DNA of 64,000 bases from Eledone cirrhosa (Eukaryota), in NCBI GenBank assembly GCA_964016885.1, contig OZ024749.1, forward strand, positions 10,850,001 through 10,914,000, given 5' to 3'. The position numbers and the translations under genes are program-made. Shown here in pieces: positions 1 to 13,324 of the stretch (positions within the stretch are counted from its first letter, which is position 1; each line of letters opens with the position of its first letter). The notes below the pieces were generated by a model. It was given only the letters and a program-made list of their open reading frames with translations, had not been told where the DNA came from and made no database searches.

Positions 1-999
1 ACATTTTCTGTATTCTTTGCTAGTAAAATAAAATTAAATTGCATATTTGAAAAAAATCAAAAAATCAAAAAGAAAAGAAAAAAATTATAACAACGCAACT
101 CTTTACTTTCCATATAACAAATATTTCCATGTAACAAACTTTATCTATTTCTCTCTTCAGTTCACTCAAACAGAGTCCTCATCTTATACCTTATATTTCC
201 AACTCTCCTTCCTTAATCATACGTTTTACAAGTCCTTCATCTACGTCCTTTTTAACTACACAAGGAAACTAACTCATGCCTAACAAAATTTGTGTGATTA
301 AAAAACAACAAAACAAACTCAAAATGCAATAATGGCAGCCCTACTTAATATGTATCTATGTCATGGATATATTAGAAACAAATTCAGTTGTTTGATGGAG
401 AGAAGCAAAAAACTTGAAGTTACAATATCTTGCCACTAATAGCTTTACACACACATGCGTGCACACACACACACACACACCCACACACATATGATAGCTG
501 TTGGTGTTTTTGCATACCTATGGCTTTCTAAATGTTTATATATAAACATACCGTATTTCTTTAGAAATATGAAATTCCTATATATATATATATATACATA
601 CACATGTACCTTTTTTCTGTTTCTCCATTGTGATCCTGTCTCTATATGTACTCTTGATGAAGGGCTTAAGCCCGACACACTGAACTTTCTTTCCGCTTTC
701 CAATATAAAGCGTGAAACTAATAAGATTTGTTGTACTTCTGTTTGTTGTCTCCTTGAACTATATATATATATAAAGAGAGAGAGAGATAGAGAGTCCGTG
801 GTGTTGAGACTGGAGAGACCACTAATTGCAGAAGTACTCAATGCATGGCGAGATGCAGAGTGGGATTTTACCTCTCTCTCTCTATATATATATTTATTTG
901 TGTGTGTGTGTTGTAAGTTTGTTTGTGTATATAGTCTGTCTGTGATAATACATGGTATATCAGAGTTTCATAGCCAGGGAACATAACTGCCGGAAGTGT

Positions 1000-2330
1000 A
1001 GGGGAGGTCTTGCCAGAATTGAGAGGCCAGTGACGTCACATCAGAAGTTAGGGCTCCCTTTTTGTCAGGAAGCTGTTCATGAGTACTATGAAGGAGTGTG
1101 TGAGGCTTGCTATATTCTTTGGCCAGATGTAAAATAGGTGAACATCCGTGTAGGGAAATTCAATCCAGACTCATGACGAAAAGATAGGTTCCTTTGCTTT
1201 CTACAACAAGCTATTTTCATCATCATTTTTTTTTGTGCTCGAAGCATTTTTAAGGAAGGAAACGCTTTGCATGGAGCCAATCCCACTCTCTGAATATTGA
1301 ATGCATTTATCCAAAAAGTAGAATTGGTCTACATACTATCTCTTCTTGTAGGCAGTTCATTCTCAAAACTAGTGAAGCTTTTCTTGTTGAACTTTTTAGC
1401 AGCTACTAAGTGCTTAGTGGAAGAATATCTGTCCATTATATCAACACATATGCAGTCACACACTTACTTTGCTTCTGTCATGAGTTTCTCTGAAGGATTC
1501 TGACAGTACTTCGAGTATCTTTTTTTTTAAAAATCTATTATATATTCATTGACTTTAAACACACTAATTCTCAAGATTGCATTTGGTTGTAAATTACTTC
1601 AACATGAGGCATAATCTGATGAAAAAGCTCTAACCAAAATATGAAATTATCATCATTCAGGTATTTTAAAATTCCTGTTGCTTCTGTAATGGTTTGATTG
1701 GCATTTGATGTTGACTGAATTTCAGTAAGGCAGTTTTTTAAAGGCTGAAAATTTTTGTGAACTCTGTTCACGGTTTGTATGCTTAACTTCCACCTTGTAG
1801 AGGATGGACGTGGAATGCTGACGTCCATATGCTTCTTGAGAATGGATACACATTGTGGTGATCTTGAGAAGAATTTTGGAATAGCCAAAATTTTAGAGAA
1901 AAGTGTAATATTTTCTACATAACATTTCACGGTTCTTTTTATGCTCATTGATTGAAAATCTGTATGTCTCTCTAAGTCTCTCCTTAATATTTACGTTTCT
2001 TAAAAGTGACAGTGAAACCACATTTTCACCATGCTTCTTAGACTTTTCATGTTTTTCAGTTTTTTCTTTCATTTTGTTTATATTTCTAAAACCGTCTTTT
2101 GTCCATGATACATCACCTCCAATCAGCAAACACAGGAAGGAAAACAATGCATTTTTCACTTCACAACCGCAGAGCCAACTTTTCCGTTGGTCCCATTCGG
2201 AATTAAAGCTCCGAATATACCTCTTGTTGTTTATTCCTGGCTGAGATATTTGAATATCAGATGTTGAATGGCCTCTTTTCTTAAATGTAACTTTCTCGTG
2301 AAGAGACAACTGTGAAAGCTGTTAAAGTTC
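1000..2330 (-). mobile_element. Degenerate hAT-superfamily transposase remnant (ZMYM1-like, TTF zinc finger N-terminus)
   Basis: ORFs 1893-2309 (RSFNSEW..KSWLCGCEVKNALF..CLL..WTKDGF..KHEKSKKH) and 1571-1948 (FFSRSP..PSSTRW..F.FWLELFHQIM) match the TTF zinc finger and 'TRW' catalytic region of hAT transposases; frameshifted. Confidence 0.8.
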
Positions 2331-2805
2331 ACTTACTGTCAGAGAACTTATTTTCTGGGGATGCATGGAGGTCATGGTTAAATTATTTAAATTTTCTATA
2401 CAATAAAACAACTGAAAAAAACCCCAATGAATTAAATAGAATAGCTGAAAGCATGATAATCATCTACAGTTTACCACATTCAAGAATATCGTACACGGGT
2501 TTTAAACACAACACACGCTGAATCAAAAATAAACACTACCTGACACTTGGACAATAGGGGACAGTGCTCTCTTTAACCAGCATTCAGCTTCTTTTCTCAG
2601 ACACGTGCGTACGGACACAACAGCCAAGCACAGTATTGCTGGAACTATGAAACTCATAGTTCCATACAAGGGTTTTTGTTGTTTTTGCATGAACGAGGGG
2701 ATGGCTACTGACATTAAGGATTATATAATGTACAAGTATAAAGAAAGAATTAAAGAAACAAAGACTGATTATATTGAATATTATCGATAATATCGAGTGA
2801 AAATA

Positions 2806-5760
2806 TGGGGTGCTGCAGTTCTGCAGTGCCTATACAATAGGGGGTGCTGCAATAGGGGGTGCTGCGGTTCTGCAGTGCCTATACAATAGGGGGTGCTGCG
2901 GTTCTGCAGTGCCTATACAATAGGGGGTGCTGCGGTTCTGCAGTGCCTATACAATAGGGGGTGCTGCAATAGGGGGTGCTGCGGTTCTGCAGTGCCTATA
3001 CAATAGGGGGTGCTACAGTTCTGCGGTACCTATACAATAGGGGGTGCTACAGTTCTGCAGTGCCTATACAATAGGGGGTGCTACAGTTCTGCAGTGCTTA
3101 TACAATAGGGGGTGCTGCAGTTCTGCGGTGCTGCGGTTCTGCAGTACCTATACAATAAGGGGTGCTGCAGTTCTGCAGTGCCTATACAATAGGGGGTGCT
3201 GCAATAGGGGGTGCTGCGGTTCTGCAGTACCTATACATTAGGGGGTGTTGCAGTTCTGCAGTGCCTATACAATAGGGGGTGCTGCAATAGGGGGTGCTGC
3301 GGTTCTGCAGTACCTATACATTAGGGGGTGCTGCAATAGGGGGTGCTGCGGTTCTGCAGTACCTATACATTAGGGGGTGCTGCAGTTCTGCAGTGCCTAT
3401 ACAATAGGGGGTGCTGCAATAGGGGGTGCTGCGGTTCTGCAGTACCTATACATTAGGGGGTGCTGCAGTTCCACAGTAACTATACAATATGGTGTGCTGT
3501 AGTAGGGGGTGCTGCGGTTCTGCAGTACCTATACATTAGGGGGTGCTACAGTTCCACAGTAACTATACAATATGGTGTGCTGCAGTTCCACAGTAACTAT
3601 ACAATATGGTGTGCTGCAATAGGGGGTGCTGCGGTTCTGCAGTGCCTAAACATTAGGGGGTGCTGCAGTTCCACAGTAACTATACAATATGGTGTGCTGT
3701 AATAGGGGGTGCTGCGGTTCTGCAGTACCTATACATTAGGGGGTGCTACAGTTCCACAGTAACTATACAATATGGTGTGCTGCAGTTCCACAGTAACTAT
3801 ACAATATGGTGTGCTGCAATAGGGGGTGCTGCGGTTCTGCAGTGCCTATACATTAGGGGGTGCTGCAGTTCCACAGTAACTATACAATATGGTGTGCTGT
3901 AATAGGGGGTGCTGCGGTTCTGCAGTACCTATACATTAGGGGGTGCTACAGTTCCACAGTAACTATACAATATGGTGTGCTGCAGTTCCACAGTAACTAT
4001 ACAATATGGTGTGCTGCAATAGGGGGTGCTGCGGTTCTGCAGTGCCTATACATTAGGGGGTGCTGCAGTTCCACAGTAACTATACAATATGGTGTGCTGC
4101 AATAGGGGGTGCTGCGGTTCTGCAGTACCTATACAATATGGTGTGCTGCAATAGGGGGTGCTGCAGTTCCACAGTAACTATACAATATGGTGTGCTGTAA
4201 TAGGGGGTGCTGCAGTTCCACAGTAACTATACAATATGGTGTGCTGCAATAGGGGGTGCTGCGGTTCTGCAGTACCTATACAATATGGTGTGCTGCAATA
4301 GGGGGTGCTGCGGTTCCACAGTAACTATACAATATGGTGTGCTGCAATAGGGGGTGCTGCGGTTCTGCAGTACCTATACATTAGTGTGTGCTACAGTTCC
4401 ACAGTAACTATACAATATGGTGTGCTGCAATAGGGGGTGCTGCGGTTCTGCAGTACCTATACATTAGGGGGTGTTGCAGTTCTGCAGTGCCTATACAATA
4501 GGGGGTGCTGCAATAGGGGGTGCTGCGGTTCTGCAGTACCTATACATTAGGGGGTGTTGCAGTTCTGCAGTGCCTATACAATAGGGGGTGCTGCAATAGG
4601 GGGTGCTGCGGTTCTGCAGTACCTATACAATAGGGGGTGCTGCGGTTCTGCAGTACCTATACATTAGGGGGTGCTGCAGTTCTGCAGTGCCTATACAATA
4701 GGGGGTGCTGCAATAGGGGGTGCTGCGGTTCTGCAGTACCTATACATTAGGGGGTGCTGCAGTTCCACAGTAACTATACAATATGGTGTGCTGTAGTAGG
4801 GGGTGCTGCGGTTCTGCAGTACCTATACATTAGGGGGTGCTACAGTTCCACAGTAACTATACAATATGGTGTGCTGCAGTTCCACAGTAACTATACAATA
4901 TGGTGTGCTGCAATAGGGGGTGCTGCGGTTCTGCAGTGCCTATACATTAGGGGGTGCTGCAGTTCCACAGTAACTATACAATATGGTGTGCTGTAATAGG
5001 GGGTGCTGCGGTTCTGCAGTACCTATACATTAGGGGGTGCTACAGTTCCACAGTAACTATACAATATGGTGTGCTGCAGTTCCACAGTAACTATACAATA
5101 TGGTGTGCTGCAATAGGGGGTGCTGCAGTTCTGCAGTGCCTATACATTAGGGGGTGCTGCAGTTCCACAGTAACTATACAGTATGGTGTGCTGTAATAGG
5201 GGGTGCTGCGGTTCTGCAGTACCTATACATTAGGGGGTGCTACAGTTCCACAGTAACTATACAATATGGTGTGCTGCAGTTCCACAGTAACTATACAATA
5301 TGGTGTGCTGCAATAGGGGGTGCTGCGGTTCTGCAGTGCCTATACATTAGGGGGTGCTGCAGTTCCACAGTAACTATACAATATGGTGTGCTGCAATAGG
5401 GGGTGCTGCGGTTCTGCAGTACCTATACAATATGGTGTGCTGCAATAGGGGGTGCTGCAGTTCCACAGTAACTATACAATATGGTGTGCTGCAATAGGGG
5501 GTGCTGCGGTTCTGCAGTACCTATACAATATGGTGTGCTGCGGTTCCACAGTAACTATACAATATGGTGTGCTGCAATAGGGGGTGCTGCGGTTCTGCAG
5601 TACCTATACATTAGGGTGTGCTACAGTTCCACAGTAACTATACAATATGGTGTGCTGCAATAGGGGGTGCTGCGGTTCTGCAGTACCTATACATTAGGGG
5701 GTGCTACAGTTCCGCAGTGCCTATACAATAGGGGGTACTGCAGTTCTGCAGTGACTATAC
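2806..5760. repeat. GC-rich compound minisatellite with higher-order structure
   Basis: Modules gggggtgctgc(a/g)gttctgcagt(a/g)cctataca(a/t)ta and cagttccacagtaactatacaatatggtgtgctg. The ORF track shows a 200-bp period (3460/3660/3860) and a 1294-bp duplication (3460 vs 4754). Confidence 0.97.
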
Positions 5761-5789
5761 ACGAACCCCCAGTTTCATTATATTTTTTA

Positions 5790-6150
5790 AACGCTCTCCC
5801 CATCTCATATATAAACAACAGGTCTGAACACAAAAGATCCAAACTCCCATTGTCACTACCTCCGTTCCCCCCTCTCTCCCCATCCCTCACTATTGTGAGC
5901 AAATAAGGGCCCAGGTGCTGGCCGACCTATGACCCCAGCGAACAGAATAGAGGCATTTTCCCAGAGGATGGTGAGAGAGACACACTGGAAGAGTCATTCC
6001 AGCTCCCGAGGCTCACACCTGTGGGTAGCCAACTCCGTGCCTATGGTGGTGAGCAGGATATGGACCTAGGGCCAAGGACACCAGAAGTCTCCATTGCTAC
6101 GGGCTCAACTGTAAACCTGTTGGGGAGCGACTGATACTTGGAGAGCTTGC
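5790..6150 (-). mobile_element. 3' fragment of a CRE-clade non-LTR retrotransposon (restriction-like endonuclease end)
   Basis: Minus-strand LSKYQSLPNRFTVEPVAMETSGVLGPR, homologous to the longer copy at 23100-24290. Confidence 0.8.
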
Positions 6151-6163
6151 ATATGTATATATA

Positions 6164-6222
<59 letters not shown>

Positions 6223-6268
6223 CCTGTATATGTTGATGTGTGTTTGTAAATGTATGTATGTACACATA

Positions 6269-6980
6269 TGTATAACGGAATACTCCTATATTTTACCGGC
6301 AAAGATTCGAAACTGAATCTGAGGTTTCTCACGTCTGGACCACCCAATATTGGAAGGTTCCCACCATTGTCCTGTCAAGACAATGATGATAAACATACAT
6401 ACTACTTGACCCGTGACCTGAGCTTCCTGGGAGACGGTATCCACATGGCTGATCATAAATTACCCTCATATACACATCCTTCTAGCTATAAGGTTATTAT
6501 AAATACGACGACTTAGGAAACCCAAGGGACAGACCCGAAGCAGCAGTCAGTGAGTGATAACGATGTAGGCATCAGCAGACCTTTTACCCTTTCTTGCTCC
6601 TGGTCCTTACTCGCTCTTACCTTCTCGGCCACAGACACAGCCAGATATGAAGCAGCAGTCCTTGAGATAAATAATGTATTCTAAGAATAGACACACACAC
6701 ACACACACACACATAGTAAGTTCATATTGTTTACATTCTACACTCATTCTATTCTTCCATCTCACTGTGATATTGTAACGTCGAATTGATACATGCATAC
6801 ACGCTAGCTCGAAGTAGCTAGCCAGCAAATTAATGTAGGGATAATTCATGCCATAAATATTATTACTTGATGTTCAAAGTGAATATTGTTGTTCTAAAAA
6901 AACATTGTTAACAACACAATCCTGACATTGTTCTTTTCATCAAACATCCACACTAAGAATAACATATTATCCACTACACA
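6269..6980 (+). mobile_element. Possible solo LTR
   Basis: Unique block between low-complexity DNA; starts TGTATAACGG, has TATAAAT near 6498 and ends CCACTACA. No clear TSD. Confidence 0.25.
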
Positions 6981-6994
6981 CACATATATCTTCT

Positions 6995-7460
6995 TTTCTT
7001 CGCCCACTTATTCCTAAGAGGGTCGTGGGGGCAGAGTCGTCAAACACACCTTCCAGCGAGTCCTATCAACAGCAACTGTCTCCAACTGATCCAGCTGGAT
7101 CTCCAAGTGTGACCAGCCAAGCTCATGGATGTTATCCAACCATCTTGCTCAGAGTCTACCCTTGGATCTCCTGCCGGTGGGTTTTGCCTGTAAAATCTGT
7201 CCAGCGATTCTTTCCTGAGACATTCTAACCACATGTCTATAGTATCGGAACTGTGATCTCTCAATTCTGTAAAATAATGGTTCTACCTGGATTGACTTCC
7301 TGATCTCCGATCTACATACTCTATTAAGTAACATTACTCCAAAGACCCTTTGGAGGAACCCCATTTCGGCCGCTTGTATTTGCAATCATATTCTTTTGGT
7401 CATTACCTAAGATTCATGACCATAGGTAAAGGTTGGCATGAATATCAAATTGAAGACAAC
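6995..7460 (-). mobile_element. RTE-clade LINE 3' fragment
   Basis: ORF 7149-7385 QIQAAEMGFLQRV..RIERSQFRYYRHVVRM..GRRSKGR is a typical RTE C-terminus; the 3' UTR follows. Confidence 0.85.
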
Positions 7461-7504
7461 AAGTTTTCCCTTTACACCTACCACCCTTATTCTGATTCTG
7501 ATTA

Positions 7505-7615
7505 CTCCGCATAATGTCAAAGGCTTTCTCCATGTCAACAAAAGCTAAGTAGAGGGGTTTACTTTTAGTTAGGTACTTCTCCTGCAGTTACCGTACAAGG
7601 AGGAAAGCCTCCGGT
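7505..7615 (-). mobile_element. RTE reverse transcriptase fragment
   Basis: Minus strand reads LQEKYLTKSKPLYLAFVDMEKAFD (RT motif). Confidence 0.75.
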
Positions 7616-7689
7616 ACTTTGTGTATATACGGTAGTACTATGTGTATATCATCATCATATGTGCATATATATATATCTTATGCTGGTAA

Positions 7690-8037
7690 CACAAAACATC
7701 CACCCCCACACTGTAAAGTGATTGTGTAGGGATCACGACAAAAAGCACCCAGCCCACACTGTAAGGTGGACGTGTAAAAGACACGGCAAAAAGTACCCAC
7801 CACACTCTGTCAATGTGGTTGGCATTAGGAAGGGCATCCAGCTGTAGAAAACCAGCCCCAAAAGCACCCAGCCCTCATTGTAAAGACGCAGCAAAAAGCA
7901 CCCAGCACACACTGCCGTAGAAAACCAGCCAGAAACACTCTTATATGGTCACTCGACCCAACATGCCTCTAAATGGGACAGACCCGTCTAACCCATGCTA
8001 GCGTGGCAGATAGACGTTAACCGATGATGATGATGAT
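7690..8037 (+). mobile_element. RTE-type 3' tail (SINE or LINE end) with internal duplications
   Basis: gtggttggcattaggaagggcatccagctgtagaaa...cccatgctagcgtgg..gacgttaa followed by (GAT)n; same tail at 18911 (-) and ~58740-58847 (+). Confidence 0.8.
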
Positions 8038-8298
8038 ATATATATTATAATGCATACACATATTAGATAGATAGGTAGATAGATAAATAGCTCGATAAAT
8101 ATATAGGCAGATAGAGAGACAGATAGCTTGTGATCCACAGAAAAGAGACAGCCAGTCGTAGAGGGAAGCAATGGTGAAAGAAAAGAAGAGATGGAAGAAA
8201 GAGGTTAGAGTGAGAAAAGAATGAATGGTTATCTGATGGAATGGCAAGAAAAGGGAAATTATCGGGACGTTGAAATATTGAGATTAGAAGAACAGACC

Positions 8299-8299
<1 letters not shown>

Positions 8300-8389
<90 letters not shown>
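8300..8389. repeat. (GA)n microsatellite in a purine-rich tract that extends to ~9160
   Basis: Direct observation. Confidence 0.98.
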
Positions 8390-8396
<7 letters not shown>

Positions 8397-10647
8397 TTAA
8401 AGTGGTTGAATGCAGCAAAAGAGAAGCAGTAGAATGAAAGAAAATGTTAGGAATGAAGAAAAAGAATCAACGAAATGTATGAAGGAATCAATCAAAATAT
8501 GTGATGTCTGGATATATATATATATATATATATATCCAGACATTTATATATTTACACATACACACACACATATATATATATATGCATACATATATGTGTG
8601 TGTGTGCATACATATATATGAGTGTGTGTGTAAATATGTACATACATGTAGAAGAGATAGAGATAGAAAGACGGGGGGAATTAAGGTGAAACAAAGGTAG
8701 GTGATAAAAGGGGGAAGAGATTTGGTAAAAGATAGCGAGGTGTGTGATAGAAAGAAAGATAAGGAGATAGAAAAGATGAGCAGGAAGAGAAATAACGAAA
8801 TAAATATTTCGATTATTAATCTATTTGGATTATCGAGAAAAAGAGAAAGACAGAGAAATAGAGCGGGAAAAGGTGGCAGACACACAGAGTAAAATATAGA
8901 AGAAGTAGAGAAATGAGATGTATATAAATAGATAGAGTAAAAGAGGAGAGAGGAAAGAGAGAAAGGGAAAGAGTGGGAGATATAGGGTGAGATAGAAGGG
9001 GAGAGAGATAGAGAAAAAGAGTGTGAGTCGTAGAGAATAGAGGGAGGGTAACAAAGAAGGGAAAGTGAAGTGAAGGAGGAGATAGTGGAAAAGAGAGTGA
9101 GAAAGAGTGAGAGAGAGTGAGAGATAGAGAGAGAGACAGAAAAGAAAGTACTACTAGAGGGGAAAACGGCAGGCCGGGTTGAAAACAGAGATATTTCTAT
9201 CGATATACACTAAGATGCAGGAACTAAATTCTGTATTGATCTGGAGGCAGACCTCTAGTCGTCTTCTTTTAGACCCCCTGTCAGCCTTTCTCCCATCTTT
9301 TCAATCACTACTCGTTCGTCTTTCAGAAGCGCACTGAAGTGACATTATCAACAACAGCCAGCATCCATTGAACTAACATCGGAAAATACATCAACCATCA
9401 ACATTAGCTACTACTAGCTTCTTCTATATGCAGTTTATCAACAATTACACAAAAATAATTATGCTTCTACCTGGAAGACTACTAGTGCAAAGGACAACAA
9501 ACACACTTTGAAAAAAAAAACTAAAAAAACTAATTAACCAACTAATTGACTAACCAAACAAACAAAAAATGATGCTATATTCATTAATTAAGGAGATATA
9601 ACACGCGCGTGTCTGCGTGTGTTTGTGTGAGTGTGTGTGTGAGAGAGTGTTTATGTGTAATTGTGTGTGAGAGAAAGAAAGACTGTGTGTCAATGTGTGA
9701 GAGATAGGTATATGCAGAGAGAGAGTGTCAGATAGACAGTGTGAGACAGAGAGAGATAGTGAGAAAAAGAGCGAAAAAGAATTACTGTCGAAGAATATCT
9801 ACAGGTTCTGGTGTCAACAAAGTGTAAGAATTATGTCTGAAAATGTAGATACCTAACTCGTAATAATCTCGAAATATTTCATTTCAATTTCCTATCCTCG
9901 TTTATATCAAGACGGACTGGTCTTACTCAGTTCATTCATTCGTCTGTCCTTGTCTTGGAATCGCTTTACACACACAAATATATATATATACATTCATACC
10001 TATACATTAAATCCTTTATTCACACTATTTAATATATTGCTAAGCTACGTTCTGTCAGCTTTTTTGTTCTCCATCATTCTTCAATGCTTTTTTTATCCGT
10101 TGAATGTCGATCACTTGTGTCCAAGTTTAGCCGTTCATCAAGAGGATTTTATTACCATACCAAAACCTTGACTGAACCCTTTTCAAAACACAACTGTTTC
10201 TTAAACACACCTCATATCTTTCCCCCCTCTCCGCAATACAGCAGGAGAAATGAAACAGCATTTCTGACCATCTCTATGAATAAGTAACCAGTATAAACAA
10301 TATCTACATGAATATTTCACTATTCCCAGGGAGAATTTACACCGACCTAACATCAATGAAAACATTTTCCATTAAAAGAAAAAAACAAATGTATTGGCAA
10401 CCCGGTTTCAATGTAGTCGGAGTTAGTTTACCAATGCTTTTCATGTCCTTATTATCGTTATCATCGTCTTTATTATCATTACAGCTATAACAAACCTCTT
10501 TAAAACAGCCACAGGTATATCTTTATCTCTCTGTATACACACACATATATAATATATATATTATATATATATATATCTATATATATATATAATCTTTCTA
10601 TCTATATTGGCCTTTTTGGATGTCCATACACAGAACATCATCGAAAT

Positions 10648-10869
10648 ATGTGGAATCAGTGTGTTTTGCCGTCAAAACATGTTTACATGAAAGGCATGTC
10701 GACAACATTTGTTTTCCTAATTCTTATTGGGGTGGCCATGTGTACGTTTAAAGACCCCATTACATTGATGGCAAGTAAAGCCTACCCTGGAGAGGATAAA
10801 CACGACATCGGAACTTTGGCAGGAGATGTTCAAAATTGGGCAATTCTCATACAAAACTACATTCTACAG
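10648..10869 (+). CDS. Probable first coding exon of a secreted or membrane protein; tentative resemblance to voltage-gated Ca2+ channel alpha2-delta/CACHD1-type N-termini
   Basis: ATG, hydrophobic stretch TTFVFLILIGVAMC, then a predicted amphipathic helix DVQNWAILIQNYILQ. Phase-0 donor CAG|GTAAGT at 10869/10870 is followed by T-rich intron-like DNA. Family call is recalled similarity only. Confidence 0.6.
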
Positions 10870-11217
10870 GTAAGTCTTATATTTTTTCTTCTATTCCATT
10901 TATTGACCTTCTTTTTTGATTTATCTCTATATTTTCTTTCATAAATGTTTTATATTTATAGTTAACATTAAGAAAAAAAAAAAAAAAATCAAAACGACAA
11001 AATATTAATTCCACACTGTGTCAATGGGTCACACCGTACAAGGGGTACTGGAGCCTCCCTGAAATAGTTTTGGGGGGGCAATACTTGTTATTTTTTATTC
11101 ATTAAAAAATAAAAATCAATTTTCTATGATTTGTGAGGTATGTCTGTCATGTTTTGGTTGTGTATACCGACTTCTCAATTTCGAAATTAAATCTTTAAAA
11201 TATATTTTGTATTAATG

Positions 11218-11259
<42 letters not shown>

Positions 11260-11261
<2 letters not shown>

Positions 11262-11537
11262 AATGATATTAAATAAATGGAAACTATATTTATAAAACCA
11301 TATTCCATTATATATATTTCAAGGGTACCAACAATTTTGGTACGCTATCATCAGATAAAATACAAAGTTTGTTTTATAAATTTTGACATAACCAAGGATA
11401 ATATACCTTAATGGTTCAAGTTATCCCTGGATAGGGATACCAGGGATAACTTGGACCGTTTTTGGTACCCTTGAAATATATATAATAGAATAAATATGGT
11501 TTTATAAATATAGTTTCCATTTATTTAATATCATTGT
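11260..11537. repeat. Long imperfect inverted repeat with nested hairpin, after (TA)n; probably Penelope-like-derived
   Basis: caatgatattaaataaatggaaactatatttataaaaccatatt..ttcaagggtaccaa pairs with 11461-11537; inner hairpin ggttcaagttatccctgg/ccagggataacttggacc at ~11411-11459. Confidence 0.85.
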
Positions 11538-11835
11538 ATATTATACTCCAGAAAACTTGTAGAGTGCCCTGAATCAGTTATAAGCATTTATATTTGTTGA
11601 ATTACCGACAAATTGAATATCCCTTCAGCTTATATATATATATAAGCTTGACAAAAGATATATATATATATATAAAATATTAAAAAAATAATGAATAAAC
11701 AAAGAAACAGTTCCTTATATTAAACAAAAAAAGTTCATTATTTTACGATCGTTTCTAGGACATATATGTGTTAGAATTGGTATGCATATTCAAAAGATCT
11801 ATGTACAAAATTATACAAACTATCAAAGATTTATC

Positions 11836-11870
<35 letters not shown>

Positions 11871-12189
11871 TCAAGTTTCTATCAATGGAACACAGCTATC
11901 ATCTTTAACAATAACATTGTTCTACATTCCTATATGATTTTCCAGTACTAGTTGGGCTCTGTCAGCTTTCGCAAGCCCAACTTTTGTTCTACTAGACTTC
12001 AAAACCAGTCATATCCACAATATGCTGTTATAGAATGGCATCGATGTTAACTTTGCCTTTAATTTCTCCCGAGATGGAGGGAGGGGGTCGATAAAATAAA
12101 GTAGCAGCCAAGTAATAAGGGATCAATATAATCGACTTTACCTGCCTCCAAATTGCTGGTCTTCTGCCTAAATTAGAAGGTTTGGGGGG

Positions 12190-12368
12190 AGTATCGGTAG
12201 AGCGTCAGACACCATGCTTTACAGCATAGTTCTGGCTCTTTACGTTCTGAGTTCAAATCCCGCCGAGGTTAACTTTGCCTTTCATCGTTACGGGGTCGAT
12301 AAAATGAAGCACCAGTAATGCACTGGGGGTAATTGCTGGCCTTGTGCTTCAAGTAGAAACAATTATTA
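12190..12368 (+). mobile_element. tRNA-derived SINE with Nin/Deu-like core
   Basis: B box gagttcaaatcc, then gcctttcatc..ggggtcgataaaa..accag and an (ATT) tail. A partial copy lies immediately upstream (~12040-12180). Confidence 0.85.
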
Positions 12369-13324
12369 ACTATAATGTTGCTGTTCTATGTTGTCGTTTA
12401 GCCCTTGGTCAGTCCTCACTCATTAGATATATGATGAAATACAGCGTTGACAGATCCATCATTTTCTATGTAAAGAATTACATTATCCAATGTATCCTTC
12501 TTTATTTAAGATGGAAGGGGGTCATTTCAGGGATATTTAGCTGTTATTTCTAGCAGGTCGAGCAACTATGTAGCGGTTTCGTTTGTTATTGATAATAGTA
12601 ACTGTTCATGTTGTCCAGTCACCGTTCAGCTCTGGTCGTTCCAGTCCTGGCCACCTCTTCTTTTTAACCAAGATAACGTTATCCAATGTGTAGTTGTTTT
12701 TTTTTAAAGATATATATAGTTTTGAGATAAATTGGGGTGCTATTTCTAGCAGATCATGGGACCGAGCAGATTGTTGCTGTTTAACCCCACGTCCTGTCTT
12801 GGTTGTGAAAACTTTCCAAACATAGCCATGCCATCTATTTCTGTGGCATCATTGTCTTAGATTACACAATCTAATATGTCCTTTTGAGGGAGAATTGATT
12901 GAAAATGGTAGATGTGTTGTTTTGCTGACAGCCCACTGTTGCTATTTTGTCGTCAGCTCTACAAGACCCGTGGTAATACTGCCAATGTGTTGGCTTGCCT
13001 CAAAAACTATTAGAGGAACACCTTAGCACCCCTTGTTTTGATTCTATATTTTTATGTGAAATATTTATGTAAAAAAACGTATGTATGTGTTGATTTTGAT
13101 AGCCAAGGAATATTTGATTATGAAAATGTTTTATTTTTTCACTCTATATTTCATTCGGTATGTTTAGAGAAGTTTTGTTTTGATCTTTAAAAGGAAAAAA
13201 TGTCATCTTCACAGCCTTCGTTAGCTTACTGTGGTTCGAATCATCTTATTAGTATAGCTTGGATGGAGATATATATATACTGGATGGCTAGAGATTGTAG
13301 CACGTGAAGACGAACACATCCAAT

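Noticed and set aside
3044-5906. Series of 60-81-aa ORFs
   Set aside because: Minisatellite translations.
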